Below are positions 1-12,160 of a stretch of DNA of 64,000 nucleotides, in pieces. Source of the stretch: Schmidtea polychroa (taxonomy: Eukaryota); the NCBI GenBank assembly GCA_044892525.1, contig CM097885.1, positions 59,272,001-59,336,000 on the forward strand. Direction: 5' to 3'. Made by a program: the position numbers and the translations under genes. Under the pieces are notes generated by a model, which was not told the DNA's origin, did no database searches, and saw only the letters and a program-made list of their open reading frames with translations. Each line of letters begins with the position of its first letter. Position 1 is the first letter of the stretch.

Positions 1-2238
1 AATTAATAAACATTAATTATTGAACATCACTCACCCCCTCTTCATTTTCTTTGCATCTTTTCAGCCATTCAATTCTTCTTGATTTGATTGAGTTTGGAAA
101 TTGTAATTCAACTTGTCTTGGTGATAAGAATTTTAAAATTTTGTAAGGTCATATTGAATTCCCTCCTTCTTTCGCTTTTGTGGTTCCAAACGAACTAATA
201 CTTCCTCTTCCACCATGAATACTCGAGTACCTCGCTTGTCTATATATCTATTTTCCATTGTTGTCGCTGCTTTCAGGCCAGCTCCTTTGTGGAGTAAATT
301 TATGAAGCACCTGGATGAGAGCTCTATATGATCGCCCTTCTGCAATGAGGCTGTACCGACAGTGCTACAGGTGAAGCGTCTTTTTTAATTGGTCTTTCAT
401 CCAGATTGGTGAGAATCACGTCTGTTCTAGGCTGTCGATTTTCTGACGGAGCAGGCGGATCTCCTCTTTCAATTTTGTGTTATCAGCGTTTTTATCTGTG
501 CATGAATACTAGGGTTTGATTGGGTATGGCATTTTTGACAATAATATTTTCGAAATGTTAAGAGGTGACTAATTTATTGATTTTCGCATTTAAATTTGTT
601 CTTTTGGAAGCATCATGGGGGTGGGGCATCGGCCAACGATCCCGCTGATGATGATGTATTTACTCTAGGAAATGGATCAATGAAACCGTAGTTAAACTGT
701 ATAGTCTGTTACTGGGGTTGTAATTTGTAACGCCATTGATGTATGGCCATAGGCAATTTATCATCGTTATCATATTTATTATAATCATTTCTATTATTGT
801 TATTCTTATTATTATCAATATTACGATTATTGTTATTATTGTCGGAATGAAATGTTTCCACAAACACAAAGCATGTGTTTACGCGGCCTGTTATAATGTT
901 TGTGATATTCTATACGAGTTAAAGGAAATCAGATTAATTTTGCCGGCAGATTAATCACCGGCAGTATTAAGTGTTTGTGTTCTTAGAGTACTGTCATTCG
1001 TGTGCTATTTCTCCCGAAGGATTGTAATAAGGATTTAAAACATTTTAGGTGTGTTGAAAATTAGTATTTTTGTATTCGTTATAATCAATTGTAATAATCT
1101 ATAAAGTTTTACGTCGTTGGGATTTCTCATTGTCGTTATTAAATAACACACTCAGATTCAGATCAGTAATTGGTAGTTTAATAATTACAAATCAACTACA
1201 ATATACCCAACATAATTATTATTATTGTTGTTGTTGGGTTTTATTTTTCAAGTCGGTTCTCTCTGACTCGTCGTGTTCTTATTCAAAAAATAAGTCCATG
1301 TTTCACTCTATTTACTACTTTCGGTCAATATAAATATAACTCGTTAAGGTAAATAACCCGAGGAGCAATCACCTTTTCTAATACGAGTCTTATACCTTAT
1401 TCGAATTACTATATTTCTTTTTCTGATTATTGATCTCCTATTTCTCCAAGCTTCTCTTTGTTTCTCCGACCAATTGACGGACTGTCTGTTTCTGAACTCT
1501 CTTTTTATACTGTTTCTGAGTGGGTAATTATCTAGAGCAGACCTGTCCAAACCGCGGCCCGCGAAGTACTTTTGTGTGGCCCGCGAACTTCTCTATAATT
1601 TGATACCATCTTATTTACGTAAATACTTTTATTGCTACGAAAAACTTATATTAATATTAAAATATAATACAATGTTATGAAACTTTTTTCTTCCAAATGA
1701 AGACTTCACGTGGCGTTCGCGTCTCTCTTTGCGAACGAACTCTACTGGTCGTGAAGTTATACGGAAGGACATCAGTAAAAAAAAGATGTAAAATGCGTTA
1801 TTGCCGCGGATTCTAAACTTTTCTTCAATCTATACTTAGCGGACAATTTTTTTACCATTCTTTATTCTGTTTATTTACTCGATATTACTAAATAAGTAAA
1901 CACTGTTCGGCCAAATATTTACGACACAAATTACTACCCGCTTATAAGTTGGTATATGGCCCACATAATGTATAACTCATAAATCGCGACAGGTTGTATA
2001 TGTTTATGATCAACCAAGAAGTAATATGTGAACCCTCTACCCAATTTATATATTGCCTGTGATTCATATATATATATATATATATATGCTGTGTCTTCAT
2101 TGCACATTTTATTTGTATTATTATAACAACACATATATTATTATTTGAATATTTAGCGAAAATGAATGGGTCGCCCAAACCGGATATATTTAGTAATTTG
2201 TTAATAGAAAAAATAGACAATCAGTCAAATTTGGCGTA

Positions 2239-2241
<3 letters not shown>

Positions 2242-2295
<54 letters not shown>
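2242..2295. repeat. (TA)n microsatellite inside the hAT 5' region; a second shorter tract lies at 2066-2087
   Basis: Direct reading of the sequence. Confidence 0.95.
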
Positions 2296-2297
<2 letters not shown>

Positions 2298-2448
2298 AAT
2301 GCGGAATATGTATTACGAGGGTGTGGGGTTGTTTTCAACTATAATCAATATTATAACTGCAAGTATTAATTAATTTCAGACTATATTCCATTATACTGAT
2401 ATTAACAATGCCATACAATAGCTTTGTATTCTTTATTTTTAGAAACCC

Positions 2449-4247
2449 ATGTCTGAGAAGAGAAGAAAAATCGAACGTACAATATCAGGTGGGAATCGGA
2501 CTATTTCATTATAAACAATAAAAATAAAATTCAATGCATTATTTGTATGCAAGTTTTGTCGGCGTGTAAGGAGTATAACGTTAAAAGGCACTGTGTATCA
2601 CTTCATAGCGAAAAATTTGACTCGTATATCGGAGAATCCAGAACATCGATCATTGAAAAGTATAAAAAAGACGTGATGCACCAAACCACATTTTTTATGA
2701 AACTCAACATCACAGAAACGGAAAGCCTTGCTGCTTCATATTCAGTGGCATTAAAGTTAGCAAAGTCCAAGAAATCATATAGTGATGGTCTTTTAATAAA
2801 GAAATGAGCAATTGAAATGGCCAAACAATTTAATGAGCCGAAAATAGCAGAAAAATTCAACACCGTGGCATTATCTCATCAAACCATGGCCAGGAGAGTG
2901 GATGATATGAACCAACATGTTTCCAAAAAGCTGCTGCAAATGATGGAAAAATGTAGATATTTTTCCCTGTGTTTGGATGAGAGCGTTGATTTGACAGATA
3001 TTAGCCAGCTTTTAATATTTGTTCGTACTATTCAAAATGATTTCACTGTCAACGAAGAGCTCCTTAGCCTAGAATCTCTGTATGACACCACCAAAGGGAG
3101 CGACATTTTTGAAGCTGTCCATAAAAATGTTATGCTATATGGAGGATTCGATAAGTGTTCATGTATTATTACAGATGGGGCCAAAGCTATGATTGGAACA
3201 GAAATTGGCTTTTGCGGATTATTGAAGAAAAATAACATTAAATGTCCAACTCTGCACTGTATAATCCACCAGGAAGCACTGTGCGGAAAAAATTTACGAC
3301 AAGCCCATGCTATGAAAGTAGCAATAAAAATAACAAATATGATACGAGGCGGTAACAGATCCCTCACCCATCGTAAGTTTCGGAGTTTTTTAGAGGAAAT
3401 GGATGCTGCATATGGTGATTTGACAATTCACACAGATATTCGCTGGCTGAGTGCTGGAAAATGTTTAGAACGTTTTTTTGCTATACGAAAAGAAATACCA
3501 ATATTTCTCCAAAATGAAGTAAAGTCTGATACCGAAGAACTTGCTCGTCAAACGCAGGATCCTATATTTTTAGTTGACCTTGCATTTATAACTGACATGA
3601 CCAACCATTTAAACACGCTGAACTTAAAACTACAAGGTAAGGGGCAGAATATCGCAAACCTTTATTGCTATTGCAAAGGTTTCAAGAGTAAATTGCAGTT
3701 ATTCAAATCAACATTGAGCAATAATGATTTTACTTTCTTCCCTAATTGCAAGGCGCATTTTGAAGACATGAATAATTCCGAGGTCACAATATTTTTAACT
3801 CATGTGGAATATATTGATGGGATAATCGCGGAATTCGAAAGCCGATTTATCGATTTTGGAAAATTTGAACGAGAAATTTTACTTTTTAGTCAGCCTTTAA
3901 CTATTAGTATTGCAAATGTGCCGTCCGATTTGCAGTTAGAATTATGTGAGTTTCAAACTGATCCCCAGTTTACCAATAAATGTGAAACAGGGGAAGACTT
4001 TTTCAAACTATTATCCGAAGTAAGATATCCCAAATTGCGTGACTTTGGTCTTAAAATCGGATCAATGCTCGGCAGTACTTATCTTTGTGAGAGTACTTTT
4101 TCCACTATGAAGTTTATTAAATCAAAGCATAGAAGTTCCATGACTGATAAATCGCTATCAAATTTACTGCGTTTGGCAACCACAAACATTGAAATTGATA
4201 TCGATACACTGGTAAACGATGCAAAGCTACCGAAAATTTCTCATTGA
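2449..4247 (+). pseudogene. hAT transposase with BED-like zinc finger, DDE core and dimerisation domain; one frameshift near 2480 and a TGA at 2805
   Basis: Motifs seen: CIIC...KRH...H zinc finger, LCLDESVD, ITDGAKAM, HCIIHQ, RWLS, YLCESTFS. The 476-aa ORF 2817-4247 is uninterrupted. Confidence 0.9.
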
Positions 4248-5561
4248 AATATAACATTTTTCATTTCTTGACAATATCTATATCTAATATCAAATATTTA
4301 CCATATAATATTTCTTAAACATTAGTACAATTAATTATTAACATAATATCATTTTTTAATTTTGGTGTGCGGTCCTAAGACAGGCCGTGCAGACAGAAAT
4401 ATCCAATGAATTCAAAACAAGCGCCAGAGTATACATTAGTAACAACTGAAGGTGTTGAGTCCAAAATTTTCCGTACAGGCAGGCGTTTTGCTATCCTTAG
4501 CCATTTATTTTAGATAAAAATTCTTTGCATTGTGTGCGGCCCCCGAATAGTTTTTTTTTCATTGCGGCCCTCTGGTTTCCCGAGGTTGGACAGCCCTGAT
4601 CTAGAGAATTGCAATTAATTATCTCCCGGGAATCCTAGGTAAACATTTGAGGATTTCTAAATTATTTTAATAAGTTTAATCTAGATTGGCGCTCGGAATA
4701 TTCCCTCTCTAATCTGATGGATCGTGTCACACTGCGCATCGAATTTCCTTCAGTGCTCGGGTTTCTCAGGGGCTTGGGCCCACTACAGATTAATTAATAT
4801 TTTTTATCGCATTAACTTTTCCTGAGAACCTTTTATTAAATGTTCATTATAATCGTTCAATATTGATTTTTTCTTTAACAAGTTTTAATTAATTTTGCAC
4901 TTTTATTGATTTTACCAATATTTGTTATTTCTTCCTTTTATATATAAAGTTTTTGNNNNNNNNNNNNNNNNNNNNNNNNNNNNNNNNNNNNNNNNNNNNN
5001 NNNNNNNNNNNNNNNNNNNNNNNNNNNNNNNNNNNNNNNNNNNNNNNNNNNNNNNNNNNNNNNNNNNNNNNNNNNNNNNNNNNNNNNNNNNNNNNNNNNN
5101 NNNNNNNNNNNNNNNNNNNNNNNNNNNNNNNNNNNNNNNNNNNNNNNNNNNNNNNNNNNNNNNNNNNNNNNNNNNNNNNNNNNNNNNNAATGTCATTATT
5201 ATTGAAATTGAAACAATTGAAATTTCAATCGCATTAATAATTAACTAATAATAATTAATAGAAATTACTTTAAATTTTATCATTATTAATTTATCTAAAT
5301 ATTTTTATTTAATAAATAGGCAAAATGAAAATTCATTTTTTTAATTATTTTCCTCATTGATTCTGGATTTATATTTGTTACAACGATTCAAACAAATATT
5401 TGTATAAATTTTGTATAATTTCAGTAAGTATAAATTTTTTAATAATTTAAAAAAAATTTAATATTGAGTTTAGTTTCGATTAAAAATATTCATAATATTA
5501 ACCATCGATGCAAAAAATTATTATTCCTCTAATTTTTGTCATACTGAATAATTGTCCACAG

Positions 5562-5816
5562 AATGGATTAAGTTTAGTCGTTTTTGATGTAAGTAAAAAA
5601 AGTTTGTTAAAAATCTTTATTCATTGTTAAGAAAACCTATGGAACTGCAGACCTCAAGAATGGTAGAATAACGGTATCTGCCTATCTCAAGTATATAAAT
5701 GCCTTTGACGCAACGTTAGGAGGATTTTTCTATTGTGATTTTGATCAGGTTGATCCTACGCTTCAATTATGCGATTATGCGATTTTTGCGCGAATGTGTA
5801 TTTTGTTTCAGGATTA
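5562..5816 (+). CDS. Putative exons (5562-5588 and 5632-5816) of an unidentified gene with an EF-hand-like stretch
   Basis: AG/GTAAGT boundaries are in phase, giving NGLSLVVFD|KTYGTADLKNGRITVSAYLKYINAFDATLGGFFYCDFDQVDPTLQLCDYAIFARMCILFQD. No convincing start or end exon. Confidence 0.3.
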
Positions 5817-6214
5817 GTAAGTTATGATATAAAATTATCTATTGGTTTTGGCAATAATATGCTTTAAAGAGCTTGATTTTTTTATTAATTATAACTGTTA
5901 CGGCCGAATATAAAATGATGTAACAATAGGAGGCATTTTTTAACACATAAAAATACCACAAAAAGATTTTCTGGAGCCAGTTCCGTATTGCCCCTCACGT
6001 TAAAAATTAATGATTTTATATTAAAAAATCTTTTTAATTAAGTTTAATTTAATTTTAAACTAATTTATAAATTATCATTTCGAATGCACGATGTTAATTT
6101 TCTTTTCAGGCTTCTCCAAAAAGATTCGATAGTCTGTGTATTGGCTCCAGTGTTCGATTTGACAAATTCCACCGAATGTTCACCAATAAAATGTTTAAAA
6201 CGATGTTCCTTTAA

Positions 6215-6550
6215 CTGGTAATTTGCTCTTCATGAATCAGAGCAAATGGCAGTACCAACTTCTACATGGAGATGGATGATTAGTAGCAATGTTGCATCGT
6301 CCGCTTGTTTTCATCGCATATTTCAATGTGAAATGCAGCACTTCGTTTCTACTGGTCACAAACTCGGATTTCCATCATTCCAAAGATCCATGTTCTTTCC
6401 ATCTTTCGTCCACGATTATATTTTCTTTTATCAATTTTGGCTTCGTCCACCTCTACCACCTTGCCAAATCCATCATTTTTTTTTGATGACTTGTTTGTTT
6501 GACACCAGTTCATTGTGACTTCAATAGCTCAGCCAGTGGTCCACTGTTTC
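6215..6550 (-). mobile_element. Merlin (IS1016/IS1595-like) transposase fragment
   Basis: Minus-strand translation GFGKVVEVDEAKIDKRKYNRGRKMERTWIFG, then after a frameshift DATLLLIIHLHVEVGTAICSDS. These match the Merlin VEIDES.FGKRKYNRGR and TI.SD motifs. Stops are present. Confidence 0.8.
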
Positions 6551-6557
6551 CGTACAT

Positions 6558-6809
6558 CAGTGGAGGCTCGTCCATATAAGCAAAGCAAGCATTGCTTGCA
6601 CTTCAAATTTGAGAAATTCTGTATTATTCTGTATTATTCTGTATTAATCTTTTAGAAAGAACTTTTGGCTACTAAAGACAATTTTTATGATTTAGTAATT
6701 AAAGAATTTTGTAGAAAAACAAGAAGAATTGAGTTTTTATATAAATAAAAATTTTACTTTGAATTTTTTTTATTGCTTGCACAAAATTTTTGAGTACGAG
6801 CCGCCCCTG
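6558..6809. mobile_element. 252-bp hAT-type MITE
   Basis: TIRs CAGTGGAGGCTCGT versus CAGGGGCGGCTCGT (reverse complement), 12/14 identical. Internal ctgtattatt tandem repeat. TSD degraded. Confidence 0.65.
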
Positions 6810-7492
6810 CCCTCGATGTAACTACGTCCATTAAAGTCTAAAATTTAATAAAATTTGTGTAATATTTTTTAAATCTATAATATCTACAGTCTTTCCATCC
6901 TACCTGATTATTATAGGAAATCTGTCGAAAGATATCGTAAAACGAGTCGCACTTTCTTATTGATAATTAAAAATGTGGAATTTTAGGTTTATTAAAAACT
7001 ATTTTAAATATATTTTTATTTTCAGTATGGGAAAAAGAAAGCCAGGAGATTTCAGTAGGTAAATTAAAAATAAATCTAACTCGATAAATTATCTGTTTTT
7101 TAAGTGACGCCTCGAAATCGTTTATTGTGGATAGTGATGAAAAAATTACTATACCAACAGGGTAAAAATTCAATTTTTTTAATTATTTCTATTCATTTCT
7201 ATTACGAAATTTCTTTTATAATGATTTATTATATGGCATAATTATTTTATCACCTTTTTATGCTGAGAAACATGTTGACTGATATGTAGGTTTTAAAAAT
7301 TTTGCTCTGGGAACAGAATATAATTTAAGTTACGTTGTTTATGTTCTAGTAGATAATATATACTTTGTTTTAATCACCCCAGAAATTTTTGTAGATGACT
7401 GCTACAGTTTACTGAGAAGGCAAAAGTCAGTCGCATGCCGCTAATGTGACAGTTAACGCATATTACGCAAAATTATAGAAGTGCTGGGGTTG

Positions 7493-8061
7493 TGTTGGCT
7501 AAAACGGTGGCCGTAAGGGGATGAGATATACTAGAAAATAATAATTACTATAAATAAATAAATACTATAAATAGATAAATAATTACTAGAAATAGAAATA
7601 GTATATAAATAGTTTAAGTTATTTATATTTTTAAGCTATTTAACAAATATAGTAATTTATATAATAAAATATATATATTTAGTAAAAATTAATTATAAAT
7701 AAAATATAAAAAATATTTATATAAATAGAGGAGAAATAGAAACCGGAGAGAGAATAAATTTTTTACTGCTTAAATCATTATCGATTAATAAACAATTAAG
7801 AAAATTATAATACCAGTGGTGATAATTCAGCTAGATTAAAGATCGACTAAATAGGAAAAAACAACAGCTGTGATCGGTAGAAAAAGAAATAATTCTTACC
7901 AGCTGTCGAACGAAATTATTATATAAAGCGACTGCCACTAAGAAAGAAATTTTAGTTTGTTAAAGAAAATTTTGAAACTAGCTATTAACCTTATTGTTAC
8001 TTTATCTGTTTAATTAAAAAATTTTCTTATACATTAGCACACCCGAACTCAGGTACCAACA
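7493..8061 (+). mobile_element. LTR-like segment bounded by TGTTGG...CCAACA
   Basis: Terminal inverted hexamer and an internal TATAAAG. Its GGTACCAAC end resembles the end of the LTR-like segment at 41340. No TSD. Confidence 0.4.
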
Positions 8062-8077
8062 TTTCGGTTGATTTACC

Positions 8078-8493
8078 TGTTGGAGATAAAATATTAGAAG
8101 GGATAAATTAGGTAACGGTAGAACGAACTTGTTCTACACGATCGCGCAAATTTATGTATCCTTCATTCTTGATCCTATCTCATTAGCGCTGTGAACCAAT
8201 TAGCCCCAGCGTGTCACAACTTTATCCGAGGACGGTTTGTATAATCGATTTCTATTCTTCATACTAGCGGCACTTTTGGGTATTTATCATTTGTACTTTG
8301 TGCATAAACAAATACATATTTTAAACAGAAAATAAGAGTTGTCTTATTAATTCATATTAACTTATTTATATTACCTACACAACAAAAAGTTTATCTTTGG
8401 ATTCAGATATAACTGTGTTCAGTGTTAGAAATCTCAGTCCGCTAGGTCGATCCTAATAAAGGGCAATGATCACGTGGAGTTCTTGGTCCAACA
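8078..8493. mobile_element. Second LTR-like segment bounded by TGTTGG...CCAACA
   Basis: Terminal inverted hexamer; 416 bp; lies 16 bp downstream of the previous one. No TSD. Confidence 0.4.
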
Positions 8494-8664
8494 TTGTCAA
8501 TCCGGTTTCCGAAATGCAGAGGCGCCCAAGTCAAAATACGTTCAACTTAATCTACACATAAGATATCTGGGATTATTTTTTAGGAATATTTTGTATTTAA
8601 TTAATTTATTAAAAAGTTTGGAGACTATGAATCAGTATATATATATCAGTATATGTATATGTAT

Positions 8665-11027
8665 TAGGGTGGAGTGAAAAAAATACTTGTTCACAATCAA
8701 TTCAGCATAGTGTAGAAAAGACGTACCAATACCAGTTACAAACATGTGCAAAATATAATAAATCATAAAAATATTTTTAGGCTCCCCAATGCAATCTAAA
8801 TAAGGTATGTCGAGTTGATTTTTAGAGCACGCGATTGACGACAAGGGGCATAACTGTATAGTGTTTACTATACAGTGTATAGCGTATACCAACCAGGGCT
8901 TCCAGTGCATACATTACGTTTAACTTGATTTTGAACAATCCTAATTTGTCAGTTACTTACTTGTCGATTAACATATTCTATGACGTCATTTACCTGAAGC
9001 GGAAGTTGTGCAACAGTGTTGATTTTAGGCTATGTAATGTATTTTTTTTCATTTGCCAGACAGAGTAGTGTATCCGCTCACTGCATTCGTGTGGACTGTG
9101 TTGGAGCATCCGCTGTGTTCACTACACTTAGAACATTAGTTTATGAGATATTATAATAATGTTGTTGGTTAAAATAGCACATGACAGTAATTATGAAATA
9201 AGACTGAATACTATTCACTGAATAGAATCTCTCATATGTAGTTTACATGGTATTTAGATTGTAGATTTGTAAATTAACTGACTATTACATTTATCAAGCC
9301 TTATTATTGATAAAATAATTGTAGAGTAATAGTTCAGATAGAGTAATTTCAGATATGGCTCAAAGCACGAGGCAGGCAACTGCCCTACCGGTTTGTCCGA
9401 TATTCGGAGCTCCACTCGAACTTTCTGCCAATGTTCTTCCTACATACAGAGATGTTATGAAGTTCTATCTCCAAACCGCAGATACACTCACAAAGAAAAA
9501 CAAGATGTATAAGTCCTCATTCGCTGATGTCGCCGATATCGTAATCGTTGATGTCATCAACATTTGGAGTAAAGCATCGGTACCAACTGTGTCATACAAA
9601 CGAGCCGTCCAGTTGCTGAAGATGTACCACATCAAATTCACGAATCTTCTCAAACCGTACAAGAGTAGAAAGGACAACGACAGCTACATCGGCCGGATTG
9701 ACACATTTCGAAGGGAGGCAGACCATTTGTTTGACATTTGTAGCTGCAAGTGTCCTGACACATACAAATGTACTTGTGACAAATCACGGAAAGTTCCAGC
9801 CAAGGAGATACCATTTTTAATGGATCAGAGAGGTGACAGAAAAATGATGATAGGAGGAGAAGATGTGACAGAGACAAGAAGACTACGCAAGCAAAAGAAG
9901 CGCAAAGCCACCGAAAGCGAATCACTCAGGGTACGTAACAAAGAAATGACAAACGTCGCTGATATATTGATTGATGACGATGACACAGATGATGATGGAG
10001 ACGACCAAGATGACATTACCCTGCCTCCCACGCCAAAAACACCAAAGACAGAGATGACGACACAGATGAGAGTGAAGCTGCCAGTCGTGGCAATGGCTTG
10101 CGACAGACATGGACTGTCCGATCGCGCAGCAGCCTCAATCACGACCGCAGTACTGCACGATTTCGGCATTGTGACAGCTGATGACTCATCAAAGGTCATC
10201 GACCGAAGCAAGGTGCGGCGATCAAGAGAAACTACACGAAAACTTCAGCAAGTTGAGTCTGATGCAAGCCTCCCTGGGTTATATTTCGATGGTCGCAAAG
10301 ACAATACTTTGGTCACCATTGTCACATTCATCGTTCGCGTGTATGTTGTGACATGGTTCCACATCAAACAAAATCCATCGTGCAAGGATGGAGCGAGACA
10401 CGTGTTCTTGATGATCTAGAACTCGCGGTACCTGACGGACAAACTGAAGGCCATCGTGGACCCCGTCATCCAGCGCAACAGCTACTTCGCTCACCCAGAA
10501 AATCTGTTTCTGTCCATGATGACCGACGAACGACCAAGCATTCAAACTCATCAGATACCCATGCCACACGCAGGCTGTGGAGAGGTGCATCAAGGTGGTG
10601 ACTGAGGCATCTCAGTCTGTGTGTGGTGAGAAACGACGAGACGGTTTTATTCGTACAAGACTGGAGTCTAGGGCAAAAATGCCCGTTTTCGACACAAAAC
10701 GGGACTTCAATATGTGACAGTCATATCGACTCATTTGAATGTGTGTGTTTTTATTGAGACAATATATTTAACACTGTGTCAAAACTGCCTAAAAATGTTT
10801 CTGATAATATAGAAGCAAATTGTATCACTATTTTTCAGTATATTATAATTAAACATTTTCGGTAAAAAATGTCCAAATATTGTCATTTTCATCGCTCGTG
10901 GGGGAGCCTAAGATATCAACTTATCAAGTTGAACTTTTAATATCTTTTAGATGACAACACTCCACGTCTTTTCATTGCTATTCCAAGTAAAAACTCTCAA
11001 AACGATTTTTTTTCTCACTTTTCACTA
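8665..11027 (+). mobile_element. Internally deleted hATm-type DNA transposon
   Basis: Left end TAGGGTGGAGTGAAAAAA; degenerate right end (reverse complement TAGTGAAAAGTGAGAAAAA); perfect 8-bp TSD atatgtat at 8657-8664 and 11028-11035. Confidence 0.85.
9355..10715 (+). pseudogene. hATm transposase remnant: N-terminus fused to C-terminal pieces
   Basis: CPIFGAP...LPTY, LFDICSCKC and GLYFDGRKD (first catalytic D) jump directly to FIVRVY..WFHIKQNPSCKDGARH, QRNSYFAHPENL and YPCHTQAVER (catalytic E). The central core is missing. Confidence 0.8.
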
Positions 11028-11427
11028 ATATGTATATCGAAGTTTTTGATATTCACGAATTTTCGACACTGTCTTTTTCAAGTGAATATCAAAAACATCG
11101 ATATATTTACTGATTCAGTCTTCAAACTTTTTAATAAATACAATGGAAAAGAAATCAATGGTGAAATATGAAAAATAAGTTTTTATAATATTTTTAAATC
11201 ATTTTATTATTAACGTTTTTAAAATTAGATAATTTTAATATGAAAACATAATTTAAGTTGTAGTGAATATTATTTGGCAATCAACATGAAAGAAAATAAT
11301 TAAACCATTTCGCAAAATTCCTTAAAAAATATAGGAACTGAGGAGTTTGAATAAAAGAATTATTAAGAAACGTACTAATTTATTAAAAATTTGAAAATCC
11401 CAATATTTCATTTAAAGCCTCTGCATT

Positions 11428-12160
11428 TCAGTTACGAGTATTAATCCATTCTTCAACATCAGTGTTAGCTTTTAAAATTCTTTCTCTCAGTTCTTTGAGT
11501 TTCGGGAAATCATCATACAGTTGCGGTAATTTAACCAAGTTACCTGTCAAAACCACAAAAAACAATTCAGCTAGAGTAAGTTTTTCTCCAGCGAAAAATC
11601 CTGTTTCTTTAATGAAACTTTCGAGAACCTGAATATTATAAATTCAATTTTTTATATTTTGATTAAAATTTACTTTTAAATTATCCCGACCCGATGTTGC
11701 AACAAATTCAGCTTGCACTTCTTCTTTCTTCTCTTCTGGTGCAAAATAGATTTTGTGAAAACCTACCAAAACATCGGTAATCTGTGATGATTAATATCAA
11801 TTCATTTAACTAATAATTAATTATTTACTTGATCAATGGCTCTTTCTACCAAATAATACTCTTTGTCATCTTCTCCCATGAACCCATGTTTTCGTGCAAT
11901 AACTCGAGCAATAGCCATGCTTTGAGTTAGTTGTTTTCCTTCATATTCAACAACTGGCAATTTTCCTGTTGGAGTCGTTGGCTTAACTTCTGGCCATTTG
12001 TCTTTTGTGATTCTAATGTCTTCAAACTCGATTTTATTAGCTATTAGGACCAGTCGAATCAGTTCAGCTCTTCCTCTAGCATCAAAATATGTTATCTGGT
12101 AAGATAATATTTTAAGGTACTTTATTGACAAAGTATATATCAAACTTTAACTTTACTCAT
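11428..12160 (-). CDS. Sigma-class glutathione S-transferase, 4 exons (12160-12146, 12095-11829, 11781-11674, 11628-11428), 196 aa
   Basis: MSKVK|ITYFDARGRAELIRLVL...TPTGKLPV...LTQSMAIARVIARKHG...|...GFFAGEKLTLAELF. All introns are GT-AG and phase 0. Catalytic Tyr is present. Confidence 0.92.

Larger units (their letters stand above)
1538..4598 (+). mobile_element. Full-length hAT DNA transposon (Charlie/Buster group, GTF2IRD2/SPIN-like)
   Basis: Imperfect TIRs: CAGACCTGTCCAA at 1538 versus CAGGGCTGTCCAA (reverse complement, ending 4598). Perfect 8-bp TSD atctagag at 1530-1537 and 4599-4606, matching the nTCTAGAn/nnnTAnnn preference. Contains a transposase ORF. Confidence 0.95.
1023..4787 (-). 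mobile_element. LTR-like sequence (about 700 bp once the nested hAT is removed), split by the hAT insertion
   Basis: On the minus strand it starts TGTAGT (4787) and ends ATTACA (1023), with an internal TATAAAA near 1503-1509. The two halves join across the hAT TSD. Degenerate coding-like sequence follows at 1-1020. No flanking TSD found. Confidence 0.45.

Noticed and set aside
4912-5248. ORFs made mostly of X, here and at the other N-gaps
   Set aside because: Artefacts of translating through assembly gaps.
7026-7443. Three short segments with GT-AG ends that can be spliced in phase 1
   Set aside because: The resulting peptide has no recognisable features, and chance splice signals are common in AT-rich DNA.
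7390-8060. Extremely AT-rich stretch first suspected to be a mitochondrial insertion
   Set aside because: No recognisable rrnL, rrnS or protein-coding mitochondrial motifs; LTR-like termini explain it better.
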